From Tubiluchus corallicola (lineage: Eukaryota; Animalia; Priapulida): a DNA stretch of 64,000 nucleotides. This document shows positions 1 through 12,074 of the stretch, piece by piece. Positions within the stretch are counted from its first letter, which is position 1; each line of letters opens with the position of its first letter. The stretch lies in NCBI GenBank assembly GCA_030141605.1, contig JAQGDQ010000920.1, positions 1 through 64,000 on the forward strand, in the 5' to 3' direction. A program made the position numbers and the translations under genes. The notes below the pieces were generated by a model that had not been told where the DNA came from, searched no databases, and worked only from the letters and a program-made list of their open reading frames with translations.

Positions 1-639
1 TTTGACACATCACACGTTACTGTTATAATTCTTGCAGATTAGAGAAGGGTAGCATCCTTGAGACTGCTTATAGTCATGGAGCTTCACACTTCACACTACC
101 CTCACACTTAAGCAACTATTATTGTCAGCATTGTATACATTATACTTTTTTTGACTTGTATGTGTGACATAAAATATCCTTATCGAAATAGAAGAGACAT
201 GTCTAACATGTCTTAACATAGTTTTAACCTACAGGATTGTACTTTAAAATGCATCAATACATGCAAATCAGATTATAGTTAATAATCTGTTTGTTGACTT
301 TCAGATAGGCATGTAGTTCTGCAAGCGTGTAGTAGGTGTCAGGTGTTTTACTTAGGTTGTACCATTTTGTTTTAGCTTATTAAAACAATTACTTTATTGC
401 TATGTCGGGGTTAACTAGCCCAGTTTCAGGGTTATTATCCTATCATCAGTAATGACGTGTGACTGTGTTCCATTACATAGTGGGCTGCAAAATAATTAAA
501 AAGCAACAAATGGTGTTAATTAATGATTTCACATTTAGTGTCATAGATTATTTACATGATAGTCATAGTGTCTGCAGTTGCAGGAAAGTTTGCTCAAGCA
601 GTAACAGGCATCTGGCGGGATAGCTGTTTTGTTGCACTC

Positions 640-757
640 TAACCGCTCTTTCATCACTGTAACTGCTCGTTCATCACTGTAACCGCTCGTTCATCACTGT
701 AACTGCTCGTTCATCACTGTAACCATTCGTTCATCACTGTAGCTGCTCGTTCATCAT
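640..757. repeat. 20-bp minisatellite, about 6 copies
   Basis: Unit TAACYGCTCGTTCATCACTG repeated in tandem. Confidence 0.9.
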
Positions 758-1158
758 TTGTTCTGTTCAGAATGAACACGCTCAAATATGAAATGATAGT
801 GACTTTAAATGGACTTTACTAACTCTACGAGATGATTATCATAATTTTATTGCTGAAACTGTCTAATATTTTTCTCAGATATTAAAATAGGCTCAACTTC
901 TCTTGGCTTTTCCTTTAAATACAACAAATGAATGTATTAATATGATTACTATTGTCCATTGTGTCGATGAGTTTCTTTGTCCTGTTGGAAATTGTGTGGA
1001 AGAGCAAGAAGGCAAGAGGGAGTATGAAAAGAGGAAAGAGAGGGGCAGGGGTTATACCGGTACACATGCTAATTCAGGTAAAAGTATGGCTTCTTTTTCA
1101 GGATGTGCTGATATGTTTTCCTAGTTACCCTTACTCGTCCGTTGCTTGCACATGTATT

Positions 1159-2094
1159 ATGAGTGGCACAGACAGCAAAAAATGGGCATGTGAAAGATGT
1201 ACATACTTTAATTGGCCGTCTTCATTAAAGTGCACTCTTTGTCATACTCCAAAACCTCTTCACTTAATTGCTAATCAGAATTCTACTGAAGAACGAGACA
1301 TCTATAAGATTGCTCCTCTGATATGTGCTGACTCTGGTTCTTGCAGTACAGCAGGTAGTGAAAGTGGTTCGACAGATCGCAACAGTCGGAACGAATCTAC
1401 CAAAAAGTGGTATTGTCATGCCTGCACTTATTTAAACTGGCCGCGTGCGACAAAGTGCACCCAGTGCTTGACGCTGCGCCGAAGAAGTCCAGTTGAGGTG
1501 ACAAAACCTCTGTATGTGAGTGTAAGCGAATCAGGAGCAGAAAGATGCTGCTCTAACTCTCCAAATTCTCCGGAACGTGCCAAAGAAGTGAACAATGATC
1601 ACAATGTTCGTGTGGCGGCCGCGGCAGCCAAGTGCATGAAATGGACGTGCTCGGCTTGTACATATGAGAACTGGCCGCGATCACTACGTTGTACTATCTG
1701 TAAACATCCTAGAGGAAAACCCGTTGCCTTTCAGGAGGGAGAATCTAGTCGATCTCAACGAACTCAGAATGTAGACGAAAGACGAATACTAAATTTTTCT
1801 CCAGACGGTAATAAACGCGGCGAGGAAAGCAATAGAAATGCAGCCGTTATTACGAGTGGAAGAGCGCAGCGCAGTAGGCCACAGTCACTGTCGCCTAGAG
1901 AAAACGTCGAAGTGTTGAGCGGCGCTACGGCCGCAATGCCAAACAACTACGACGAAGGTCGTCGACTGAAGCAACTGCGCAATCGTCTTCGTGACTTAGA
2001 CTGGCTGTGGCTGAATGCCTGTATAGGTGTAGTGGAGGGGGACCCTAATCCTGTGGAAGCGTATCTAGCATCAGGAGGAAGCATCACAAGACAG
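1159..2094 (+). CDS. ZRANB1: ZRANB1/TRABID coding exon 1 (3 NZF zinc fingers, start of AnkUBD)
   Basis: MSGTDSKKWACERCTYFNWP... to ...GGSITRQ; donor CAG|GTAAGT; likely acceptor TTCCTAG at 1124 just upstream of the ATG. Confidence 0.93.
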
Positions 2095-5000
2095 GTAAGT
2101 TGAAAGTCTTGTTGGCTGATAACATGAAACACAATGTAAGTTTGTTTTAGCATGTTAAAAATCCAGTAAAATCCAGACATTATTTTTCAACTATAAAACC
2201 ATTTTAAAAACATTTAAATGCTCAGAAGATTAGCTGATACGTAATGAGGGAGAAATCATCTCTGTTCAGGTCACAAACAATACAGGTAGCACAGGTATCT
2301 GTATTGTATTGTATCTGTATTGTATTGTATTGTTTTGTATTGTATTGTATCTGTATTGTATTGTATTGTATTGTATTGTATTGTATTGTATTGTATTGTA
2401 TTGTATTGTATTGTATTGTATTGTATTGTATTGTATTGTATTGTATCTGTATTGTATTGCCTAGGCTATATAGCAATATAAGCAGTGCAGGGATAACTGA
2501 CAATGAGCAATAATTATTATTTTTAATTATTATTAACATTAGTTAATTAATAGTATTATTAGCATTTGTTTAATTATTATTAGTTTTATTCTGCTCTTAA
2601 GGCTATTTTTGATGTGCTGTGTCTTAATCATGTTGCTTCTCAGGGTGCGCACCTTGTATCAGCTGTTTTGATGTGAAGTTTATAAACATCATAATTATGT
2701 GCAACTTATGGTTACCCGCCACATCACAAACTGAAATAAGAAATTAAGAGCCAGTTAGGGGGTGGCCGAGCCTGCGACATCAACCAGTTTCCTCTATTTT
2801 AGACATTTTACGAGGCCTTTTTTCTGAAATGAAAATAAACATAATTTAAGTCAAGGACTAGTACAAGTTTTCTGATTTGGTCGCCCTAAAACTTACAAGA
2901 GTACAAACAGTGTACCTCAATTTTTTGAGTTCTGCCCCCCCCCCCTCCAACCCCAATTGCATCTCTCAAGTTTTTTAACTTTTCTGGAGATAGATTGTTT
3001 ATGCTAAGTGAATTAAAGCTAAACCGGAATAGCATTGCAGCACTTGTTGTTGCAACAAAAGTGTTTCCAGAATTGTAGATGGTGTTAAATGATGAACCCA
3101 TGCAACCGCATAAACTTGATTTAACTTAACAGAGACTTTGCTGTTTTTAGCTTAGCCTTATGCAACGGTTTAATAGCATGCAAGACATGTTTCCATTTTT
3201 TGCCAGTTAGATTTCAATGTGATGGTCGAAATCAGGAGATTTCAGAATTTTTCAAAAATTCGACCGAACTACGGATGTGTGGCTAAATTTCGGGATGCTC
3301 TGCTCCAAACTAGGAGTGATGGCAACCCTAGTGCAAGTAGATTGAGTGATTTATAAAGCTTGGTCTGCTGTGAATATTAAAACTTAGTAATCAGACTTTT
3401 CTTGTCTTATTTACTGTTTGTTTTTGCAGTTGTCGGCTGATGAAGTTACGATGATTAACAGGCCAAGTGCTTTTGATGTTGGACACACCCTAGTCCATTT
3501 AGCTATTAGGTAATAAGTCTACAAAATAATTAACAAAAGAAAGTCAAACTACAACAAAATTGCCCAATTACTAATTAAACTAATTACTTAATTACTACGT
3601 ACAGTACCGCCAAGAAAAAAGGCTAATGTTGTTACTTAACAGGGTGTGTAGGGTGTCGTGTGGCATAGCAGGTCGATAATTTTGGAAGAAACAGTGACGT
3701 TTCTCTAATGTCGATTGCATTATTGTGAAAACCTGTAGTGTTCTGTATATTTCATAATCTTTGCATGTTTCAATGCTCAAGCTGAGTGTTTAACGACTGT
3801 GTTAAGCATAACTAATGTATAGAAAAAACTTATTCTGGTGCAGTACCGCAATTCCTACTCTGGGCGATTCTTAGAAAAAAAATTATATCTTTATAACACC
3901 ATATATATATTTATATTTATACAGTCATATATTTATACAGTCATCATGTATAACTTATACAGTCATCCAGCCTTGCCAAGCCTCCATAGATATTTAGGAA
4001 TAATGAATTAATAAACAGAGAAAACACTTAGTCAAATCAAACATTTCAAGATCATAGATTTTGCATATTATCAATGGATTTATTCCGTTCATTGTTTTTA
4101 ATTTTTACCTCAAATACAATGTCGAAATTTATTTTCGCAACTGATTTGTTCCTGGAGGGAGTGAGTCTTAATAGTGGAACAAAAACAATGGCTCTTGTTC
4201 AGAACAACATGGTATCTCTTTGTTGCTGTAGCAATAATGCTATTGTATTTCATCGAATCTTATTTTCTTCTTACTGTGGTTCCAAGGTAGTGCTGTTCAC
4301 GACTTATACCTCAGTGGTGTAGCAAGCATTTGTGGTGCCTCGGGACAAAAAACACTTCTGGAGAATGGTGCCCTACCCCTTTAATGTTTTGATTTATTTG
4401 TTTCATTGATGAAGCCACAAATTGTGCTCGTTTTTTGCGTCTCTGAGCCCCACTTTAATTTTTCGACATGATGTTATAAAGATAAACAATTTTTTTCTAA
4501 GAATCACCCAGAGTAGGAATTGCGGTACTCCACCAGAATAAGTTTTTTCTATAAATTAGTTACTCTTAACACAGTCGTTAAACATTAAGCTTCAATATTA
4601 AAACATGCAAAGATTATGAAATATACAGAACACTACAGATTTTCACAATAATACAACCGGCATCACTGTTTCTTCCAAAATTATCGATCTGCTATGCCAC
4701 ACAACACCCTACACGCGCTGTTAAGTAACAATATTAGCCTTTTTTCTTGGCTGTACTGTACGTAGTAATTAAGTCAGCAATTTTGTTGTAGTTTGACTTT
4801 GAAAACTTTTGTTAATTGTTTTGTTAATATCGGATTAGTAAATAATAGTTAACAGTCATTAAACTCTAGAAGAATTCTGGGCCTTCTTGCCCTTGTGCCC
4901 GAGGGCGATTGCCCCCTGTCGCCCCCATCTTGGTACGCCTCTGTTATGCCTACTTAATTATAATAATAATGACTGAAAGTTATATGCAGAAAGTTAAACA

Positions 5001-8000
5001 TTGGCAAACCAAGAAAATGATGAAGTACTACCTTCAGAATTTTCTAATTGTATCTCATCAGAATTCAATCAAATGTCTCACGATCCGCTTTCGTCGACCC
5101 ATTTCTTAATATTGTGTTCTTAGTTAAAACTGCAAATATACGTCTTGTTCTAGGTTTCAGCGCGAAGAACTTCTCGCTACCCTTTTATCATCAGATGTCT
5201 CTAGTCAAGCACTGAAACGTCTTCCCTCCCACATTAGCCCCGACACGGCTGAGGAGTTGCGGCGTCTAATGATGTCGTCGCTACGGCAACGCAAGGGTGA
5301 CTTCCCCTGCTACTTCACCACGGAGCTAGTGACTTTTTCACTACCAGCAGGTACCAGGCAAATTATTGTTAATTATGCACACACAGGTAATTAGGTAACT
5401 GGTTGTAATAAAGTATACTAATTAATTAATGTACTTGAATTATGAAATTATTACTGATAACGTTTCTTCAATCTTATAAATATAACACTTATAATATGAA
5501 AATAAGGTGGGAATTTGTGCCTCATTCGGGACTTGAACCCAGGTTTGTGAGGCACAAAATATTATCACAAGCCATATAATATGCCACTTCTGAAATTCTG
5601 AAAATTATTTGCATCGAATATTATTTTCCAATTTAAAATATGCAGATATTCACTCGATCCAGCAAGTTAGGCGGACCTACTTAACACGGGCGCACATGGG
5701 GAGAGTAAACTCTAGCTTATTATTGAGATGAGATATTCAATCCACAGAGATGACTAAACCATATTTAAATGTAATAGCAAATGAAGTGTCCAGAACGAGT
5801 TTGAAGCAGGTGGTAACCCATCGTTAAAGGAAGACCGGATGATTGTCTAGACAACCTCATTTTAATTTACTGTCCAAAATAGACATTTTCTTGCCTATAA
5901 AAGTTAACAATTGTTTCTTATATTTCAATAATTAGCTTAGAAAGTTATTTAACGGCAACCAGACACAGCTATTGATTACGTCAGAAACTAACACCATCAT
6001 GCTTATCTCGGTACTGTCTTCTATTTGTCGGCCACGCGCACGTGACAAAAAGGCGCCGCTGCCAATCTTAGCAGATTCACTGAGCTGGGCGTAGCTTTGA
6101 AAGTTTAATAAAATTTGAGTATCCGAGATAATTATTATTTAATCTAAGCTTTGATTTAAAAAAAGCTCTTGTAGTTTTCATTATTTTGGAGCATTCTTTA
6201 TCCTGAACTAATGTTTACACAATCATCCGGTTTTCCTTTAAGCAATCTGTTCTGGCACTACTTTTTTGGATTGCTAAGCACACATCTGGTCAGTCCTTTC
6301 GCTTTAATTATTTCCTTCGTTATTTGGTAAAATGATAAAACAATTTCCTTGATTATCTGGTATTTTTAAAACAAGTAACTGTTTGTCATTTAAAAGTTCT
6401 TTGCTCATTAATACAGAAATTGAAGAACTGCCACCAAATGTACAGGAAAATTTATTCGATGAGCTTCTAGATCGTGACGTACAAAAAGGTATGTGCACAT
6501 TGTAGTTGCTGATAGTGTGTTGAGTGAATTAGCTGCATTTGCTGCGTGTGAATCATCTCTCTGCTATGCACATGGTAACTTGTTTGTTAAAAATATCATA
6601 TTTTTGTACTTATAATTGTACTACATTTAAACTCCAGAACATCCAAATATATTTAATATGCAGCAATTGTCGTTTTATCTGTAATAATAAATTACAGCAA
6701 TAAGTTTTTAGCGAAAAACATAAGTTTGATACAGGTAAATTACTAAATCAGGTTACGTGATTTTCATCTATGATTATACATAAATAACAGCGAAATAGCC
6801 CTAGTTTTGGCGCTTATAACTTGTAAAAAAGCAATAGAGATCAATTCACAACATTCACATCATTTCAACTTGAATTGTCTACCAGGTAATGTCTACCTGG
6901 TCACATGACTGATGACAGGGGCAAGACCAACTTTAACAGGTAGGGAAACGTGTGCATAACAATAACACCTTGTGCAAGTGTCTCCATGGATTACAGATTT
7001 CCTGTATGAAACGAGATATTATGCTGACATTGCTTTTTATTGTAATTGTAATTTTCAAACTTAGAAATACGCTTGTTTGCAGTATTCGTTTTTAGATTGT
7101 CTATTAAAATAGATTTTTGCATACAAGAAATGTAATATTTTTTATAAAATTTTTTTGTTATGAAATATCTAGTGCTGACTCATTGATCATAAGATAAGTT
7201 GCTATTGTACTGCATAGTATTTGAAAAACACTACGTATAATTTACAATGCATTTGTACAATTTTTTTTTTGCGCTTCACATATTAGGTGTTCATTTCTAT
7301 TTCAATCATTATATGCAAATTTAATCTCCTTGTAATGAGTTTTCTCTTTCTGTCTCTCACTTGTAATTTGTGACTATCGTATTTTTACCAGTGTCGCCGC
7401 ACATATGATAATTATCAACAGAAAATGAATATTTCTGCTGTATTTTCTGTAAAAGGTGAAAAAAGCTCACAGGTAGAACAGGATTCCAAAAGAGAGCCTG
7501 TGTTTTGTGAAGAAAATCACAAAACATTTTCCGCGGGTCAATGTGAAGGTGGTAATGTTGCTGAAATTTCAATTAGCAAACCTCGTGACCTCAAGACGAC
7601 TAAATATTTCTGCATGTTTTGTGTAAAAAAATGTGGAAAAAGCTCGCTAGTAAAACAGGATTCCGAAAAGTAGTCTGTGTTTGTTAAGAAAAACACAAAT
7701 ATTTTTCAGTGGGATGAATTTCTAGCTAGGGTTTATATATGTGAAGGTGGATTACATTGGACGTTGCTAAAATTTGATTTAACCAACCTCGCTAGTAAGA
7801 CCCCCAATTATACACTAAATAATTACAAAATGCAAATGATACTTAGAACGCATGCTCCCTTTGATAGTAGCCACCAAATACACATTAAATAATTACACAA
7901 AAAAACAAAGTTTAGAAGAGAAACCTTGTATAATAGCACGATGAAACACGTTTTCTAAATGGCTAGAATTACTTCACTTGTTCTTGTGTGCTGGTGCAAC

Positions 8001-9463
8001 CATGGAAACAGAGCGACTAGGTATAACTAATCTGCGTAGCAGGTACAAAATTTTGCACATGCTCAGTGTTACGTGCCCGGTGTGTTAACAATACAGGTGG
8101 TGTTTCTTCTATAATAACATATAACTGTGTTAGATTGCACTAGAAGAATTTTAACATGATTTCACTTAAACGAATATCACTTACTTGATACTGAATGACT
8201 CTAAATGTTTCTGCAGAATTGGAAGTTGAGTCGCCAATTATTAACTGGAGTCTAGAGCTAACGGATCGGCTTGGAAGTCGCTTGTACGCTCTGTGGAACA
8301 GGACAGCTGGAGATTGCTTACTCGACTCTGTGTTACAGGCGACTTGGGGCGTCTGTGATAGTGATAATAATCTCCGACGTGCTCTTTCAGACAGTCTACA
8401 TGACGGAGCACAGACGTAAGCATTGCTTATTTAGTGTTTAGAAACTCTTTACCTATAGTTTAGTTTACTTGTACGTTTCAGGAATGAGAATTTTCTGCAG
8501 GTACGCGGAATTCCGAGTTTTTGGAAGACCAGTAGTGCCATTTTTGTAAAACGCGTAAATTCGCTGAGAAAATTTTTATGGGCCCAGTACATTATTTCAC
8601 AAGCTGACCGCTAATTGGCAGGCCGTCACTTTGTTTACATCACGTACATCAGTGTAACCACGTGTATATCTCTATGTATAAAAATATAGAATCAATTGTG
8701 CGGAGTTATTTGAATCAATTGCAGACAGTTTTTATATACTTTTGCATAGGAGCGGCCAGTCCTTAGGCGTTTTTGAGACAATTAGTTATCATGTATCTTT
8801 GATAGTTGGGTATTTTAAATTATGCACGAAACAAGGTAATTGATATTTTAAGTCCATTCTATGGTCACAGAATTGCAATTTCAATCCCATTGGGGGCCTA
8901 GGTGGCCCCCAAACCCCCGGCATGTTTCAGAGTTCTCATCCCTGATGTTTACTTAATAAACTACCAGTCGTAGATTTACTACGTTACTCGTTACTACCAG
9001 TTGTAGATTTTTCCAATACAATTCAGATATTTTTGACTCATTTTTCTTATTCCATGTATTGCTTACTGTTTTAATAGCACTGGTGCAGCAGAGCTGACTA
9101 ACTAATGCTTAATATTAGCAATTATACAGAGCTTGCATTTTTTGAGGTTTTGTATTGGTAACAAGTTGCCATGTAAATAACATGCATACTGAATAGCTGA
9201 AAAGCACATGTTGTTCTTTTTTTTGGCGAGGAAGGGCAGTCAGAAATCTCTAGATGTATTTTGGTATTCATTACTGGAGAAAGTAACACTTTGTTGTCAC
9301 GTTTATAAGTTGCATATCTATAAAATATATATTTTTCTCTCTCTCTCCCCTATCTCCTCTCTCTCTCTCTCCCTCTCTCTTTCCCCATCTCTCTCTCTCT
9401 CTCTCCCTCTCTCTTCCCTCTCTCTCTCTCTCTCTCCTCTCCCCTCCTCCTCTCCTCTCCCCT

Positions 9464-9514
<51 letters not shown>

Positions 9515-12074
9515 TCTCTCTCCCCTATCTCTCTCTCTCTCTCTCTCCCTCTCTCTTTCTCCCCATCTCTCTCTCTCTCTCTCTCTCTCATTCTCTCTCT
9601 CTCTCTCCCTCTCTCTCTCATTCTCTCTCTCTCTCCCTCTCTCTCTCACATTTTACATTTTATATCTTTATTCTCCTCATTGCAGATTCTATCCTCGTTG
9701 GAAGGAACACGAAGCCATGCAAAATCAAGTGCTTCATTTTACGTTAGACGAGAGCCAGTGGGAACAAGACTGGGCTATATTACTAAGCTTGGCTAGCCAG
9801 CCAGGGTCTTCGTTGGAACAATTGCACATTTTTGCTTTGGCGCACATTCTACGAAGGCCAATTATAGTCTATGGAGTGCGGCTTGTGAAGAGCTTTCGGG
9901 GAGAAACAATTGGTTTTGCAAATTTTCAAGGTGCATCTCTTACTGTCATCCTTTATTGTTTTCCCAATGTCCCAAATTACATTAACTCCATCAGGACCAA
10001 AGGCGTTTGCTGAATTTTGCATGAGTTTATGAAGAAATGCTCTCACTAAGCAGCGATTGCATTGCATTTGATAATTTTTTGTGGGTTTGTACTCCCCTTA
10101 CAATGGACTTTCATACAAAATTTTATATGAAATACATTTGCTTACTTAGACAAATTAAAAATCACCTTTTTATTTAAAAATTGAAAAAGCTTTCAGTAAC
10201 TGCAGTACTTGCACTGTAACAATGCTCAATATCACTTATGACCTATGCAGACTTACACAGGCTTCACAACAACCATTAATTTAAGATAGGGAGAGGACCA
10301 GTGTGTATGTAGTCACTGGACCATACTGAAGGTCAGCTGGTAGAATGTAACAAGATTAGCACATAGATGGCAGCACTTTGTGAGCGTTAATTATCTGCTT
10401 TATCTAAAGTTCTGTATAACAGAATCAGATGATTGCATTCTTATTAATGTTTACGTAATCAGTAAACAAATTGAGAAAGAACCGGGCAACTAAATAGAAG
10501 GAAATTTTTTCAATTTCTGAATTTTTGCATTCACGTTCACTTCCAGGAGTCTACCTGCCATTGCTGTGGGAGCAAAGCTTCTGTTGGAAATGTCCGATTG
10601 CTCTGGCGTACACTAGAGGTCACTTCTCAGCTCTCATTGGAACCGAGCCGGACAGCGAGGACATCCTAGGCGCCGGAGCCATTCTTGAGAACAACGACGA
10701 TTTGCAGGTGGTGTTTCTGCCGTTGATGGACAGCGACAGCAAACTGCTTCCAGTGCATTTTCTCAATCCGACTCAGGTACGCGTGATAATACAGGGGCTT
10801 AATAGTAGAGCTATGTGTATTTATGTAAAACTAACAATACCAAAGGATACAAGTACCTCCAAAAGATCCTTTCTACTGATATCAAAGACGATGTTCCGGC
10901 AAAAATTCGTAACAAAACGGGAACAAAATTTTTGACATTTATAGAATTCAACCCATGTTTAGAACCTCATAAAGTCTATAATGATATGGAATCTGAAATC
11001 CCGGACTACGAAAGAGTTGAATTTACCAGAAGCCCATGTCTTATTGAGATGTCCGGTGACAGAAGATTTACGAATTGAACATTCTGAGTTGAACTTTTCT
11101 AGCATTTGTAACCTTATGCACTCCCCAAATTTAACGTCGTTAATGAAATATTGTTGGAGATGTGTTAAGACATATGAGTGAAGAACTATTGTACCCCTAC
11201 ATTAAAACGCGATATTTTTGTGGATTCGGTAAAGAAATTTTCCCTCTGTATATGATTTTTTGTTTTGTAGTTAAATTTTAATTTCGTTAATTATATAGTT
11301 ATCGTTGCCCACTTATGTTATGTGAGATCATTACGGTGAATAAACTAATTCTAATTCTAAGTAAGTATCTTTATTTATCACCTTTTTTACAAGAAAAACA
11401 CAGAGCATGAAACGATAATGTGATAATATGATACAAAGTGACAAGATTATTAAATGAATAAATTATCTGAGTTAATGATGATCAAGTGATTGGTGAAAGG
11501 ATGGCGAAAAACTGAAAGTTACCAAAGTCAACCACCCTGTAAGTAATGTTGCTATTAGTAATATGCACAATTATCTTGACGAAGATTTCAGAAAAAGGTG
11601 TGTAAAACTATTGAGATTAAGTTATACACGTGTAGTGGGTTAGAATTATCAGGCATATTTATGTTAATTGATGAATCAATTCTGAACAATATATTCGGTT
11701 GCCATATTGGGCAAAAAGAGGAAGAAGTGATTTTTTACTGGTTTAAATAACAAACATTGATTTGCCAGTTTTTTAAATGTTTCTGCCTCTTCTGGCGGTT
11801 CACTTTCAGTATAAGTGTTGTTAAAATACTACTGTGTTTGTTTCAGTCTAACAAAGAGGAAAGTATTTTACGCGAATGGCTCAACTGTTGCGTGACCGAA
11901 GGTGGCATCTTGGTGGCACAACAGAAGCTACAGAAGCGCCACGCGGTGGTGGCGCAGATGGTGGACGAGTGGCTGAGCCGATACAGGCACCTCGCACACT
12001 TAAGACAATCTGCCAGATCTCCGACTCAGAACAGTAGTTCCTCGTCAAGCGATGGAGAGACAGACGATGAATAA
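1159..12074 (+). CDS. ZRANB1: Ubiquitin thioesterase ZRANB1/TRABID, complete spliced CDS: join(1159..2094,3430..3509,5154..5350,6417..6488,8217..8415,9686..9930,10547..10776,11847..12074), about 728 aa
   Basis: Three NZF fingers (W-x-C-x2-C-TY-x-NWP-x4-C-x2-C), AnkUBD (DWLWLNACIGVVEGD...GHTLVHLAIRFQR), OTU catalytic motifs RTAGDCLLDS and YTRGHFSAL. All introns are GT-AG with consistent phases; total 2187 nt. Confidence 0.96.
2300..2459. repeat. (ATTGT)n pentanucleotide microsatellite
   Basis: Directly visible. Confidence 0.97.
3430..3509 (+). CDS. ZRANB1: ZRANB1/TRABID coding exon 2
   Basis: TTTTTGCAG|LSADEVTMINRPSAFDVGHTLVHLAI(R)|GTAATA. Confidence 0.93.
3525..3898 (-). mobile_element. Internal fragment of the hAT-like MITE family at 4312-4943, inverted relative to it
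   Basis: Reverse complement aligns by eye to about 4470-4825. Confidence 0.8.
4312..4943 (+). mobile_element. Non-autonomous hAT-like element (MITE)
   Basis: Termini CAGTGGTGTAGC...GGTACGCCTCTG; 8-bp TSD TTATACCT/TTATGCCT. Confidence 0.8.
5154..5350 (+). CDS. ZRANB1: ZRANB1/TRABID coding exon 3
   Basis: FQREELLATLL...LRQRKGDFPCYFTTELVTFSLPA; AG/GT boundaries in phase. Confidence 0.93.
5505..5580 (-). mobile_element. tRNA-derived SINE-head-like fragment
   Basis: Minus strand has B-box GGTTCAAGTCCC within the stem TTGTGCCTCA...TGAGGCACAA; no full cloverleaf. Confidence 0.4.
5828..6237. mobile_element. Kolobok-like MITE with TTAA target site
   Basis: TTAA|AGGAAGACCGGATGATT...AATCATCCGGTTTTCCT|TTAA; second copy at 52702-53070. 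Confidence 0.8.
6417..6488 (+). CDS. ZRANB1: ZRANB1/TRABID coding exon 4
   Basis: IEELPPNVQENLFDELLDRDVQK; ACAG|...|GTATGT. Confidence 0.93.
8217..8415 (+). CDS. ZRANB1: ZRANB1/TRABID coding exon 5 (OTU catalytic Cys)
   Basis: LEVESPIINWSLEL...LWNRTAGDCLLDSVLQATWG; CTGCAG|...|GTAAGC. Confidence 0.95.
8479..8944 (+). mobile_element. TIR MITE (hAT-like), second copy at 25496-25990
   Basis: CAGGAATGAGAA...TTCTCATCCCTG; near-identical body at 25.5 kb; possible 6-bp TSD ACGTTT/ATGTTT. Confidence 0.78.
9335..9648. repeat. (CT)n-rich polypyrimidine tract with a central long poly-C run
   Basis: Directly visible, just upstream of the TRABID exon 6 acceptor. Confidence 0.97.
9686..9930 (+). CDS. ZRANB1: ZRANB1/TRABID coding exon 6
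   Basis: FYPRWKEHE...SLEQLHIFALAHILRRPIIVYG...FQ; TTGCAG|...|GTGCAT. Confidence 0.94.
10547..10776 (+). CDS. ZRANB1: ZRANB1/TRABID coding exon 7 (OTU catalytic His)
   Basis: VYLPLLWEQSFCWKCPIALAYTRGHFSAL...LLPVHFL; TTCCAG|...|GTACGC. Confidence 0.94.
10795..11362 (+). mobile_element. LINE 3' end fragment (C-terminal part of ORF2)
   Basis: TKFLTFIEFNPCLEPHKVY...IPDYERVEFTR and EAHVLLRCP resemble non-LTR ORF2 C-termini; ends AATAAAC-(TAATTC)n. Confidence 0.65.
11847..12074 (+). CDS. ZRANB1: ZRANB1/TRABID last coding exon
   Basis: SNKEESILREWLNCCVTEGGILVAQQ...QMVDEWLSRYR...SDGETDDE*; TTTCAG acceptor. Confidence 0.93.
   Translation, partial: SNKEESILREWLNCCVTEGGILVAQQKLQKRHAVVAQMVDEWLSRYRHLAHLRQSARSPTQNSSSSSSDGETDDE

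Noticed and set aside
952-1158. N-terminal extension of the 383-aa ORF upstream of MSGTDSKKW
   Set aside because: It has a non-ATG start, lies upstream of a likely acceptor at 1124, and TRABID proteins begin right at NZF1
2641-3330. Possible hAT element CAGGGTG...GGCAACCCTA
   Set aside because: The ends match poorly and there is no TSD
5505-5580. Possible tRNA gene
   Set aside because: Only a B-box/T-arm-like part is present, with no D-arm or anticodon arm; treated as SINE-like
9208-9747. Pro/Ser/Leu- and Arg/Glu/Gly-rich ORFs
   Set aside because: Artefacts of the CT and poly-C microsatellite
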